Origin: Mobula hypostoma
Lineage: Eukaryota
Length of the DNA stretch: 64,000 nt
Assembly (NCBI RefSeq): GCF_963921235.1
Contig: NC_086108.1
Coordinates: forward strand, 97,032,001-97,096,000
Direction of reading: 5' to 3'
Shown here: positions 1-11,245 of the stretch, one piece after another
Layout of the letters: each line of letters starts with the position of its first letter
Position numbering within the stretch: the first letter of the stretch is position 1
The notes under the pieces: generated by a model
Databases searched by the model: none
Told to the model about the DNA's origin: nothing
What the model saw: the letters and a program-made list of their open reading frames with translations, nothing else
Translations under genes and position numbers: made by a program

Positions 1-1214
1 TGTTATAAATCATCTTGGGGCATTCTGACTATATTAAAAGGAGATATTAAAGGCATATTCTTTCTTTATCATTATTTCAAAGGGTTAAGAAATAACTTCA
101 ATCTGAACATGTATTTTGCAGTGTAGATGAAACTATTACTAGGGTAGACCCAACATTTTAAGCTGTATTGAGGTGAAGGGCCACAATAGTATCACACCTA
201 TTGTCATTCATATATGCATATGCTATGTGCTCCCTTGTGTTCAGAGAGTGGAATGCTGTTAGTTTCCAAATGTTATGGAAATAATATTTACCTGTCAAAC
301 GCCCTCAGTACCAATCAGTAAGCTCTACATTCTTCTGCAGCTAGATCCTTGGCCTCCTCATTGGGAGACCACAGTCGGTGTGGACCTGAAATAACATCTC
401 CATCTGGTTGACAATCAACACGGGCTAAGGATATGTGCTTAGCCCACTGCTCTACTCTCCCTATACTCAAGACTTTGGTGCTAGGCAAGGCTCAAATGCC
501 ATCCATAAATTCACTGATGACGCAAGTGCTGTTAGCAGAATCTCAGATGGTGACAGGGATGCATTCAGGAGTGAGATAGCTCAGCTGGTTGAGTGGTATC
601 ACAACAACCTTGCTCCCATTGGTAGCAAGATTGTGGGCTTCAGGAAGGAGAAATTCGAACACACTCCAGTCCTCAGTGAGGGGTTCAGCAGAGGAAGGGT
701 TGAGCAGCTTCAAGTTCCTTGTTGTCAGCCTCTCAGAGGATCTATCATGGACTCAACATATTCATTGAATTACAAGGAAGGCATGACAGGTCTGGAATGG
801 CAACTCAAATGCACAGGAATGTAAGTAGCTTCAGAGAGTAATGGACTCTGCCCTATACTGCATAGACACATCTCTTCCTACCATTGGTAGAATCTACAGG
901 AGGCAATACCTCAGTAAGGTAACATCCTTTATTAAAGGCCCCCACCTTCTGGGCCATGCCATATTTTTGCACCTACCAGGAGGTATGAAAACCTGAATTC
1001 CTATACCTCCAGATTTAAGAACAATTATTTCCATTCAACCATTCAGTCCTTGAGCCAGTCTGTAAACCCTTAATCACTGCAGCTTAACAACACTCTGGCC
1101 ACTTTGCACTATAATGGAAACAACAGGAATTCTGCAGATGCTGGAAATTCAAGGAACACACATCAAAGTTGCTGGTGAACGCAGCAGACCAGGCAGCATC
1201 TCTAGGAAGAGGTA

Positions 1215-1252
1215 CAGTCGACGTTTCGGGCCGAGACCCTTCGTCAGGACTA
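1215..1252 (-). ncRNA. Minimal type-I hammerhead ribozyme (Penelope pLTR)
   Basis: Minus strand reads UAGUC-CUGACGA-A-GGGUCUCGGCCC-GAAA-CGUC-GACUG: core CUGAnGA/GAAA, stem II, GUC cleavage triplet, stem I AGUC/GACU. Confidence 0.8.
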
Positions 1253-1459
1253 ACTGAAGGAAGAGTGAGTAAGAGATTTGAAAGTGGAAGGGGGAGATCC
1301 AAAATGATAGGAGAAGACAGGAGGGGGAGGGATCCTTTCATATCCCTTTTGCCAAACAACTTTCCAGCTCTTGGCTTCATCCCTCCCCCTCCTGTCTTCT
1401 CCTATCATTTGGAATCTCCCCCTCCCACTTTCAAATCTCTTACTATCTCTTCTTTCAGT

Positions 1460-1497
1460 TAGTCCTGACGAAGGGTCTCGGCCCGAAACGTCGACTG
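1460..1497 (+). ncRNA. Minimal type-I hammerhead ribozyme (Penelope pLTR)
   Basis: CTGACGA 1465-1471, stem II GGG..CCC, GAAA 1485-1488, GTC 1490-1492, stem I AGTC/GACT. Identical to the copy at 1215-1252. Confidence 0.8.
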
Positions 1498-2344
1498 CAC
1501 CTCTTCCTAGAGATGCTGCCTGGCCTGCTGCGTTCACCAGCAACTTTGATGTGTGTTGCTGGCACTATAATGGATTTTTTTTGTTCTAATTCTGTTCTTT
1601 CTTGTAAAAATTGTGTATAATTTATGTTTTCTTGTGAATGTTGCTTATTTGATGATACGTGCCTGCGATGCTGCTGTAAATAAAATTTTTTTTTGTTGCA
1701 TTTGCGGATACATGTATTTGCGCACATGACAATAAACTCGACATTGACTTTGACTTTGGCAGATGAAGCCCTCTTGAACAATTTGTATTTTCCTCAGGGA
1801 AAGGCTTCCCACGGTACAGGTGTAGGCATCAGAGGTATGCAGTAAAACTATCACACTGAGATTCACAGACAATGATTCCATAATTGGGACTATACCGGAG
1901 AGAGGCTTGCAAACAAATCTGGAGAAAGCGGACAAAGAAATTCGAGACCTTGCAAAACCGCGAAATAAACTGAAATTGGAATAATGAAGTAGATCAACTG
2001 TGTTCTGTTTGTTGTTGACAACACATGATATGTTCAGCGTCTGATAACCTGACAAATGTCAAAATCGTTACACAGAATGGAAGCCTTGGTGTTTTCATAA
2101 GCTTTTAATGACTAGTGTGGTAGCTTTGTGTAGGAGGTAAGTAATTTAGTCGAGGAGTCCCAATACTAGTTGTTGTCTACTGCTACCTGTTTAAGCATCT
2201 CTTTTATACTTGTTCAGTGGGCATTTGGTATAATAATGAAAATGTGGATGGGGTGTAATTTGAGGTACTTTGTTATTTAAACTTGGGAAAAAGACTACCT
2301 TGCATACTGACATTTTTTTTCTCGGCTATTCTATTAATTCTTGA

Positions 2345-2495
2345 AGGGTACGTCTTTGCAATGTGGGAGGAAACTGGAGCACCTGGAGAATTCCCACACG
2401 GTCACAGGGAGAATGTACGACCTCCTTACAGGCAGCAGCGGGAGCTGAACTGGGGCTGCTGGTACTGTAAACTGTAATGTTAACCACTACGCTCT
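2345..2495 (-). mobile_element. V-SINE (tRNA-derived) fragment
   Basis: Reverse complement of the V-domain core (GGTGCTCCAGTTTCCTCCCACATTGCAAAGACGT), followed by a degenerate tRNA-like head. Confidence 0.7.
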
Positions 2496-2569
2496 CATGC
2501 CATTTTTGTTGCACAGTTGCAACAAGAATGCTGAATAGACACACCTCTTACTTACAGGTAAAATATCAA

Positions 2570-3055
2570 TAGTATTGAAAGAATACAGAGATTTACGAAG
2601 GTGGTGCTGGGTGCTGAGGACCTGGGTTATAGGGAGAGGTTGAATAGATTAGGACATTATTCCCTGGAGCATAGGAGACTGAGGGGAGATCTTATAGAGA
2701 TATAGAAAATTATAAAGAGTATGTAAATGCAAGAAGAATTTTTCCACTGAGGTTGGGTGGGACTAGAACTAGAGGTCATGGGTTAAGGGTGAAAGGTGAA
2801 GTATTGAGCGGGAACCTGAGGGGGAGTTTCTTCACTCAGAGAGGCTGGTGCGGAATGAACTGCCAATGGAAGTGGTGGATGCAGATTCAGTTGCAATATT
2901 TAAGAGAAGTTTGGATAAGTACATGGGCAGGAGGGGTTTGGAGGGCTATGGTTCAGATGTAGTTCGATGGGACATGAGGGAATTACAGGTTGTCATAAAC
3001 AAGATGGGCTGAATGGCCTGTTTCTGTGCTTTGGTGCTCTATGGCTCAATGACTA
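2570..3055 (+). mobile_element. CR1 LINE 3' fragment
   Basis: Degenerate YRERLNRLGHYSLEHRRLRGDLIEIY and TRTRGHGL...FFTQR motifs; typical CR1 3' UTR. Confidence 0.85.
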
Positions 3056-3229
3056 ACTCTGTTCCCATCTAGTATATCAGCATATTTCTGTGACAGCAGT
3101 TAACCCTGCCTGGTGTCAGCAGTTAATTCGGCATACCTGGAACAATTTACTGCCTTGAATGAAGTTAAGGACCTGTGGAAATGCTTATTCTGATGTCATG
3201 CTTTGAATCAGACATCTTGCTGCATGCAC

Positions 3230-3450
3230 TAGACCATAAAGCACTAAGATATAGGAGCATAATTAGGCTATTTGGCTCATTGAGTCTGCTCTGCCATTTC
3301 ATCATGACTGATCCATTTTCCCTCTCAGCCCCAATCTCCTGCCTTCCTCCCGTATCCCTTCATGCCCTGACTAATCAAGAACCTATCAACCTCTGCCTTA
3401 AATACACCCAGTGACTTGGCCTCCACAGCTGCCCGTGGCAACAAGTTGCA
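3230..3450 (-). mobile_element. CR1 LINE 3' end
   Basis: Same 3' UTR as the RT-bearing CR1 copies at 8110 and 31215. Confidence 0.8.
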
Positions 3451-3454
3451 CAAA

Positions 3455-3740
3455 GCACCCATTTACGCTAATCCTGCACTGATCCCACGATACTCTCCCC
3501 TCACTCCCGTCGACGGCGCCACATTTTACCACTCCCCACATGCTTGAGCCAGTTTATAATGGCCGACTGACATATCAGCCCACGCGTCTTTGGGAGGTGG
3601 GAGGAAAGCAGAGCACCCCGAGGAAACCCGCATGAATACAAGCTGAATGGGAAAACTCCACACAAGAAGCACCAGTGGGCAGGGTTGAAACTGGCTGTCT
3701 GGAACTGTGGACTATTGCCGACACAAATGTGCTGCCCCTA
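3455..3740 (-). mobile_element. V-SINE
   Basis: V-domain core in reverse complement around 3585-3630 (GTCTTTGGGAGGTGGGAGGAAAGCAGAGCACCCCGAGGAAACCC). Confidence 0.7.
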
Positions 3741-4119
3741 TAATTCCTTCCTCCATAGTGAGTAAATGAGGTTCCAACCCCCTTCATCCAATAACCTCTC
3801 CTATCAACTGCAAGGAGAGACTTTAGGAATACTGACTTCAGAGCACTTGCCCGGTTTGCTCCATTTAAACCCAGTTAATCACACTCTCAGGCCAGGCTGA
3901 ACCTCTGCGGGTTGCATGACTAATGCTTTTGTAGTAATAGTTAGATGCTGTGTGTTATTGGTGTAGGCAGGAATGCAGAGACTTGAAGGTAACATCAGAT
4001 TGTCTATGATCTCATTGAATGATAGATTATCTTGAGGGGCAGAATGTCCTATGTCTGCTCCTAATTCATGTGTTTGCATGTTCATATGCTATTATTTCAT
4101 TCAACCCACCTTCCCCACC

Positions 4120-4655
4120 TCTGCCTCAGTACATCACGGGTAAAGCCCTCCCAACCATTGAGCACATCTACAAACGTTTGTACATGAAACACTGTCATAG
4201 GAAAGCAAATCCATTATCAAAGATCCTCACCACCCAGGCCATGCTCTTTTCTCACTGCTCCCATCAGGTAGAAGGTACAAGAGCCTCAGGACTTGCACTA
4301 CCAGGTTCAAGAACAGTTACTACCCCTCAATCATCAGGCTCTCGAATAAAAGGGAATAACTGCACTCACTTGCCCCATCATTGAAATGTTCCTACGACCA
4401 ATGATCTCACTTTAAGGACACTATCTCATGTTCTCATTATGCTTTAGTTATTTATTCCTATTTATTTATATTTACATTTGCGCAGTTTGATGTTTTCTGC
4501 TCCCTGGTTGATCTTTCATTGATCCTGTTCGAGCTACTTTTCTATAGATGTGCTGAGTATGCCCACAAGAAAATGAATCTCAGAGTTGTACATTTATGTG
4601 ACACATATGTACATATGGTGACAAATGTACTTTGATACATAAAAATGACTTTGAA
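4120..4655 (+). mobile_element. Rex1/Babar 3' fragment
   Basis: QYITGKALPTIEHIY motif and the downstream degenerate Rex1-type C-terminus and 3' UTR. Confidence 0.8.
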
Positions 4656-4667
4656 TTGTAACATATT

Positions 4668-5055
4668 AGAAACACAAGAGGTTCCACGGATGCTGGAAAC
4701 CACCTTCCAGTTTCTCACTTCAACCCCTCTCCTCCCCCAACCAACTTTCCCCTCTCACCTGGCCTCACCTCTCCTATCAGATTCCTTCTTCTTCACCCCC
4801 TTACCTTTTCCACATCTCACCTCCATGCTTCTCACTTTAGCCTCCCTCTCCCACCCGGACACCTCCCCCCTCACCTGGCTTTACCTGCCAACTTGTACTC
4901 CTTCCCCCTCCCCCATCCACCTTCTTATTCTGTCTTCTTCCCCCTTATTTTTCAGTCCTGATGAAGGGTCTCGGCCCAAAATGCCAACAGTTTATTCTCC
5001 CTCCATTGATGCTGCCTGACCTGCTGAGAACCCCCAGGACTTTTGTGTGCGTTAC
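4668..5055 (+). mobile_element. Penelope pLTR fragment with degenerate hammerhead and short inverted head
   Basis: CAGTCCTGATGAAGGGTCTCGGCCCAAAATG at 4953-4983 (GAAA mutated); pyrimidine-rich pLTR body; about 30 bp of opposite-orientation pLTR end at 4670-4700. Confidence 0.75.
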
Positions 5056-5534
5056 ATCTAACATAAGAGCGGGTGTGCTAAATTTCAAAACAACGCTATT
5101 AAAAGAAAGGTTTTTAAAAACCTTACCTCAGTTTTAACACACTCTGGGTGTGTTACAATGAAGCTCTTGCTCTTACAGAAATTTACTGCAACAGAGAAAT
5201 CAATTATAAACAGCCAATTATGACAATTAGAGGAGGTGAGATGGATTTTGCAGTTATGTGGTCTGAGGATTGAGAATAATAGCTTTAAATCTCTCATTTT
5301 CTTTTGGATATTAAGTAATCATTCACACTTCCAAATGAAACTGTTTTCTGTTTGTCCTTTACCACCTGCTGCATCATCATCCCTTGTGACTTTTAATCAC
5401 TCGTCCCAAATCCCTCCACATCACAGACCTTTTTAACTTCCCTGTCTCAATTCCATTAGGCCCACACTTGCTTAAATATCGTTCGTCTCCAATGCCTTTC
5501 TACTTTAGTTTCCCTGGTACATCAATAAGTCAGC

Positions 5535-6500
5535 TCTATCAGCCTCCGCAGTATGCAAGACGTCTTCAAGGAGCAATGCCTCAAAAAGGAGGAGTCCATC
5601 ATTAACGACCCCCAGCACCCAGGACGTGCCCTCTTCTCGTTGTTACCGTTAGGAGGGAGGTACAGAAGCCTGAAGGCTCACACTCAGTGATGCAGGAACA
5701 GCTCTGGTGCCGGAAAAAGGCCAGGAAGGATCCCACCCAAGTGCAAACCCAAGTTTGTTCCACTCCCATCTGAGAAGATACTACGCAGCGTCCACACCTG
5801 GATCATTAGACTCAAAAGTAATTACTTCTTTCAAGCTGTCAGGCTGATCAACACCTCCACCTATTAACCCACCCCCACCTCGTACACATCCTCCAAGAGG
5901 ACCACGCCTTGTCATGGTTTAGAGGCTTGCGTGTCTCAATAACTCAGAGAGCTATGTTGGCTGGAGTCAGGGCTTTATGCTTTGGCTCTTGGTAGGGTCA
6001 TTCATGCCAAAGAAGTCAAAGGGTAGAGCTAGACCAAGAGTGGACCATCCACTGGTCCTCCAGATTTGGGGTTCAGCTCAGGGTTAAGAAAATTGTTATG
6101 GAAACAGCAATGAAGAATCCTTCTACATCTGAGTGTGACGGTATTCCTGCGTCTCCATCTGGAACTTGCATGATTAACAGTAGTGACAAGCTACTGACAT
6201 GATGAAAGAAGCCCTAGACACTGCCAGTGATGGAGGACCTTCATTGCTGCCCTAAACGCCAGCAGTGTATTGCGCAGTAAGTAAGTACCTCATACACATC
6301 ACCAGCGTCACTTTACGTACGTACAATCAGTTTACATATAGAACAATTACTTGTACATTGTGTTTTATAGGATTGGTTTTATATGTATATTTATTGTGTT
6401 TTTTAAAAATTATGTTCCTTATGCTGTATCAAATCTGGAGTAACAATTGTTTAGTTTTCCTTTATGCACGCGTACAGAGGAATGACAGTGAGCAATCTTG
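5535..6500 (+). mobile_element. Rex1/Babar 3' fragments (host of the 5889-6286 insertion)
   Basis: SIINDPQHPGRALFSLLPLGGRYRSLKAHT at ~5595-5685; 3' UTR resumes after 6300. Confidence 0.7.
5889..6286 (+). mobile_element. Short non-autonomous RTE-derived (bipartite 5'UTR + 3' end) retroelement
   Basis: 5' part resembles RTE/Expander-type 5' UTRs (GGCTTGCGTGTCTCAAT...GAGCTATG...GGTAGGGTCA...GGTCCTCCAG). (TAAG)n tail. 14-bp TSD ACCTCRTACACATC at 5877-5890 and 6287-6300. Second copy at 26183-26589. Confidence 0.75.
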
Positions 6501-7597
6501 AATTCTGATGAACCTGGAACAGTAAATCTGTTCCTCACTGACACAGCATGACCTCCTGAACATTTCAGGCTTTGTCTATTTTCAAACCAGATTCCCAGCG
6601 TTGTTGGGTATTTACTTTTAGCATGGAAGTTCTAGTACTAAAACAGGTAATTATACCAAACTTCATCAGGCCCTTCTGTACATTCCAAGAGAGAACCTTC
6701 ATACCACCTCATTTTGCTCGAGATTTTATTGTCAGTAGGTATTGGAAATCACAAGCAACATGACTGTGATCAGCTGATGTTCTCTGCAGGCTGGAGAACA
6801 GAAACTCATTCTTGATAACAGAGGGCTCTTCACGTCTGTCGGTCTCTAACGTAATATCCCTACATCTTCAAGCACCTGAAAATGTAGTCATCAGCCACCT
6901 CGTGGATACACGGTTTTCCCTTACAGACAGCTGTAATGACAGCCAAGTCTCTGGAAAGTGGGGATCTTCATTAAGTGATGGAGTCGTCAATATATTATTT
7001 TGTGATAGACTTAGAGAGAGCTAGTTTGCCTCTGAGTTCAGATGACATTCATTATAGCTTAGTTTGCTCCTTCTTCACAAATCCTCGGCAGAATTAATTC
7101 CTGGTTCTCCTCAATTATTTTTTTCTTACTGAAAAAGATGACTTCAACTAGCTCATTTTGAGAGCGCAGTAATGAGTAAATAACAGATTATTGAAATCAA
7201 GACAAGAGGTTAAGTTTTGGTAAGAATGAGTTAGCTCCTTGTGTTAATGACAAACAAATGAGCAAGTAAAATATATTTTGCAAGGATATTCTGTTCAGTG
7301 GGAGAAATGGTTCTCAATAAAAGTCCCATCTATTGGCTGACATGTAAAATTGTTTCCGTAGAATACAGCTAAAATTCTGGAACTTGGACTAAAATGTGGA
7401 ATTCACTAACCTGAATTGCCATAGTTGGTTCCTGTATAAGACTTAAGAGTGGAGTCAGGAAGCAGATTTTTATGTGAAGGTTGGTAAAAGTCTGGATGCA
7501 GTGGTATCTGGAACAGAATCAGGATCAGATCTATTATCATTGACTTATATGAAGTGAAATTTGTTGTTTTGCAGCAACAGTATAGAACAAAGACATA

Positions 7598-9948
7598 TAG
7601 TACTCTGCAAAAGTCTTGGGCGTATAGATAGCTAAGGCGCCTAAGAATCTTGCACAATTCTGTAGTAATTTTATGTATTGCACTGTATTGGTGCCATGAA
7701 AACAAAGAAAAATTCATGCCATATGTAAGTGATGATAAACCTGACTCTGATATGGGTCTCTATTGTGGAATGAAAGTGAGAAGGGGGCAGGGAGAGGGGA
7801 ATCATGGTTGGGAAAAGGGGAAGGGAGAGGGGAGGGAGTAGGAAGCACCAGAGAGACATTCTGTAGTGACCAATAAACCAGTTGTTTGGAATCAAGTGAA
7901 CTTGCCTGGTATCTCAGGGCTGGGTGAGTCTGCACCCACACCACCCCCAGACCCTGGCACTCCTTCTCTGCTGCTTGTCCCACACCCCTCCCACAGTATT
8001 CCAGTCTCGCCATTCTCAATATCCTTTCCTCCCGCCAGATTTACAAACTCGCTCTCTGCTCCATGTTGATAAATACAGTACTTTGCGAAAGTCTTGGGCA
8101 CCCTAGTTAATTAAGATCATAAGATATAGGAGCAGAAGTAGGCCATTTGAATCTGATCTGCCATTTCTTCATGGCTGATCCAATTTTCCCCTCAGCCCCA
8201 ATCTCCTGCCTTCTTCCCATATCCCTTCATGCCCTGACCAATCAAGAATTTATCAACCTCTGCCTTAAATATACAGGGCCTCCCCAGCTGCCTGTGGCAA
8301 AGAATTCCACAGATTCATCACTGTGGCTAAAGAAATTCCTCTTCATTTCCATTCTAAAAGGACACCCTTCTATTTGAGGCTGTGTCCTCTGGTCTTAGAC
8401 TCTACCACCATAGGAAACAACTTCTGCACATCTATTCTATCAAGGCCTTTCACCATTCAATAGGTTTCAATGAGGTCACCCCTCATTATTCTGAATTCTA
8501 GTGAATACAGGCCCAGAGCCATCAAATGCTCTTCATACGACAAGCCATTCAATCCTGGAATCATGTTTGTAATCTCCTTTGAACCCTCTCCAGTTTCACC
8601 ACATCTTTTCTAAGATAAAGGCCCCAAAACTCTACACAATACTCCAAGTGAGGCCTCACCAGTGCCTAATAAAGTTTCAACATTACTTCTTTGCTTTTAT
8701 AATCTAGTCCTCTTGAAATGAATGTTAACATTGCATTTGCCTTCCTCACCACAGACTCAATCTGCAAATTAACCTTTAGGGAATCCTGCACATGGATCCC
8801 CAAGACCCTTTGCACCTCAGTTTTTTGCATTTTCTCTCCATTTAGAAAATAGTCAATCCTTTCATTTCTTCTACCAAAGTGCATGACCATACACTTCCCA
8901 ACACATTATTCCATCTGCCATTTCTTTGCCCATTCTCCTAATCTGTCTATGTCCTTCTGTAGTCTCTCTATTTCCTCAAAACTGTCTAACCCTCCACCTA
9001 GCTTCATATCGTCTGCAAACATTTCAACAAAGCCATCAATTCCATCATCCAAATCATTGACATATAATGTAAACAGAATTGGTCCTAACACAGACCTCTG
9101 TAGAACACCACTAGTCACCGGCAGCCAGTCAGAAAAGAGTTATTCCCACTCTTTGCCTCCTGCCCATCAGCCACTGTTTTATCCATGCTGGAATCTTTCC
9201 TGTAATACCATGGTCTCGTAGCTTGTTAAGCAGCCTCATGTGTAGCACCTTGTCAAAGGCCTTCTGAAAATCCATGTACACAACATCAACCAATTCTCCT
9301 TTGTCTATCCTGCTTGTTATTTCTTCAAAGAATTCCAACGGATTTGTCAGGCAAGATTTTCCCTTGAGGAAACCATGCTGGCTATGGCCTATTTAATGTG
9401 CCTCCAAGTACCCTTTTAGACCTCATCCTTAATAATCGACTCCAACATTTTTCCAACCACCGAGGTCAGAGTAACTGGCCTATAGATTCCTTTCTTCTGC
9501 CTCTCTTCCTTCTCGAAGATGACGCTTGCAATTTTCCAGTCTTCTAGAACCATTCCAGAATGTAGTGATTCTTGAAAGATCATTACTATTGCCTCTATGA
9601 TTTCTTCAGCCACCTCTTTCAGAACCCTGGGGTGTACACCATCTGGTCCAAGTGACTTATCTACCTTCAGACCTTTCAGTTTCCCAAGAACCTTCTGTCT
9701 AGTTATGGTAACTTGACACACTTCCTGCGCTGTGACACCTGGAACTTCTACCATACTGCTTGTGCCTTCTACAGTGAAGACTGATGCAAAATACTTATTC
9801 AGTTCATCTGCCATTTCGTTGTCCCCCATTACTACCTCTCCAGCATCATTTTCCAGCATTCCGATATCCTCTCTGGCCTCTCTTTTGCACTTTATGTCTA
9901 TATATATATATAAATATATAATATTTTTAAGACTTTTGCACAGTTCTG
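7598..9948. mobile_element. Compound non-autonomous Tc1/mariner-type unit (mini-MITE + cargo + second TIR module containing a nested CR1)
   Basis: TIR consensus CAGTACTGTGCAAAAGTCTTAGGCAC at 7598, 7662 (inverted), 8076 and 9948 (inverted), each bordered by TA. Cargo 7665-8073 is homologous to 43794-44440. Confidence 0.75.
8110..9895 (-). mobile_element. CR1 LINE, 5'-truncated (RT pseudogene)
   Basis: ORF fragments include KSLGPDGVHPRVLKE, YRPVTLTSVVGKMLE, VYMDFQKAFDKV, SVLGPILFTLYVNDL and FADD; broken by stops and frameshifts. Confidence 0.95.
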
Positions 9949-10074
9949 TAAAATTGCTTTAAGTTAAAAAAATAAATAAAAGGGCAAAAAACAAAAGGAA
10001 TAATGAGGCTGTGATCATGCTTCATGGGCTCTTCAGAAACCTGATGGCTGAGAGGAAGAAGCTGTTCCTAAGTC

Positions 10075-10805
10075 AGAATCTGTTTTATTTTATCTTATAT
10101 AATGTGAAATTTGTTGTTTTGCAGCAGCCGTACCCTGCAAAGACATGAAAATTACTAGAAATTACAAAATAAATTGGGTGCCACAGTAGTGTAGCCATTA
10201 GTGTGATACTGTCACAGCTCAGGGTGTCCCAGAGTTCAATTCCGGCAGAGTTTTGTAAGGAGTGTCTTTACAACCTCCCCGTGGAAGGCATGACTTTTCT
10301 CCGGGTCCTCTGGTTTCCTCCCATAGTCCAAAGACATTCCGGGTAAGTTAATTGGCCATTGTAAGTTGTCCCATGATTAGTTTAGGGTTAATCAGGTTTG
10401 TCAGGGTGGGGTGGGGGGGGGGGTGTTGCTGTGGTGGTGTGGATTGAAGGCCTGGAAGGTTCTTTCTCCTCACTGCATCACTTAAAAAAAAAAGGAATAT
10501 TGAAGTAGTGTTCTTGAACTATTCAGTAATCCGATGGCAGACAGGAAGAAGCTGTTTCTGAATTGTTGAGTGTGTGCCTTCAGGCTCCCAGTACCCCCTC
10601 CCTGATGGTGGTAACGAGAAGAGAGCTTGTCCCGGATGGTGAGACCCCTCAGTGATGGATGCAACCTTTTTCCTGATGCATCTCCTCTGCAGGATGTCTT
10701 TATGGAGGGAGTGGTATGAAAGTGATGGGGCTGGCTGAGTCTATTACCTCTTACAGTCCTGTGCACTGGCAGCTCTGTACCAGTCAGAATGCTGTCCACT
10801 GGCAG
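10075..10805 (-). mobile_element. Rex1/Babar 3' fragment hosting a V-SINE
   Basis: SLKAHTQQFRNSFFLSAIGLLN in ORF 10482-10820; Rex1-type tail at 10075. Confidence 0.75.
10176..10480 (+). mobile_element. V-SINE, near full length
   Basis: A-box-like TAGTGTAGCCATTAG, B-box GAGTTCAATTCC, V-core CCGGGTCCTCTGGTTTCCTCCCATAGTCCAAAGAC. Confidence 0.8.
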
Positions 10806-11006
10806 TCTTTGTTTATGCATAGTTCTTCATAAATTCTACTGAGTTTCTTTCTTTGTAAGTTCCACAAAAGAAAGCTGTATCTTGATGATATATTTTACTT
10901 TGACTTTGACTACATCTATAAATATATCGATGCCAGACTGAATTTAATACTATGCTACTAAGTAGATTAAAGGTTGTCCACCTTAGCATCTGGAGTTATG
11001 GTAGAG

Positions 11007-11245
11007 GTTATGGAAGGGAGGGGAATGTCGACTCAGACCATGAGAGGCCTGCGTCGGGTATTTTCATGCCTTACAAGGCGCAGATTGGAAGTCTGTGTGG
11101 GGCGCCACTGCTCACACAGACACTAGAGCAATGTGTGGTTAAGTGCCTTGCTCAAGGACACAAACACATTGCCACAGCTGAGGCTCGAACGAGCGACCTT
11201 CAGCTCACTAGACGAACGCCTTAACCACTTGGCCACGTGCCCAGT
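11007..11245 (-). mobile_element. tRNA-derived SINE with CORE-like domain, body type 1
   Basis: Head GGCACGTGGCCAAGTGGTTAAGG (A box), GTTCGAGCC (B box), GTGTCCTTGAGCAAGGCACTTAACC. TSD TTATGGTASAG at 10996-11006 and 11249-11259. Confidence 0.85.

Larger units (their letters stand above)
1119..1561. mobile_element. Penelope-like element terminal repeats (pLTR) inserted as an inverted pair
   Basis: Arms of about 180 bp (~1153-1333 and ~1379-1560) are reverse complements. Both match the 3' end of the GIY-YIG element at 63122. Perfect 13-bp TSD GCACTATAATGGA at 1106-1118 and 1562-1574. Confidence 0.9.
300..1756 (+). mobile_element. Rex1/Babar-type non-LTR retrotransposon remnant (RT C-terminal half plus 3' UTR), split by a Penelope insertion
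   Basis: ORF 435-824 reads LSPLLYSPYTQD...AIHKFTDD...FRSEIAQLVEW, a degenerate Rex1-type RT (LSPLLYSLYTHDC...KFADD). The 3' UTR resumes at 1575 and ends AATAAA...(GACTTT)n. Confidence 0.8.
7515..10070 (-). mobile_element. Rex1/Babar 3' end, interrupted at a TA by the compound Tc1-type unit
   Basis: Joining 7515-7597 to 9951-10070 gives a sequence colinear with the uninterrupted copy at 39338-39540. Confidence 0.7.

Noticed and set aside
1782..1990. Possible plus-strand host exon after TTTGTATTTTCCTCAG (1797)
   Set aside because: All three frames stop within about 65 nt, no recognisable protein, and no partner exons found.
6720..6885. Possible minus-strand terminal exon (TTTTCAG/GTG..., VLEDVGILR*, downstream AATAAA)
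   Set aside because: Too short to assign, no upstream exons identified, and such signals arise by chance; needs RNA-seq.
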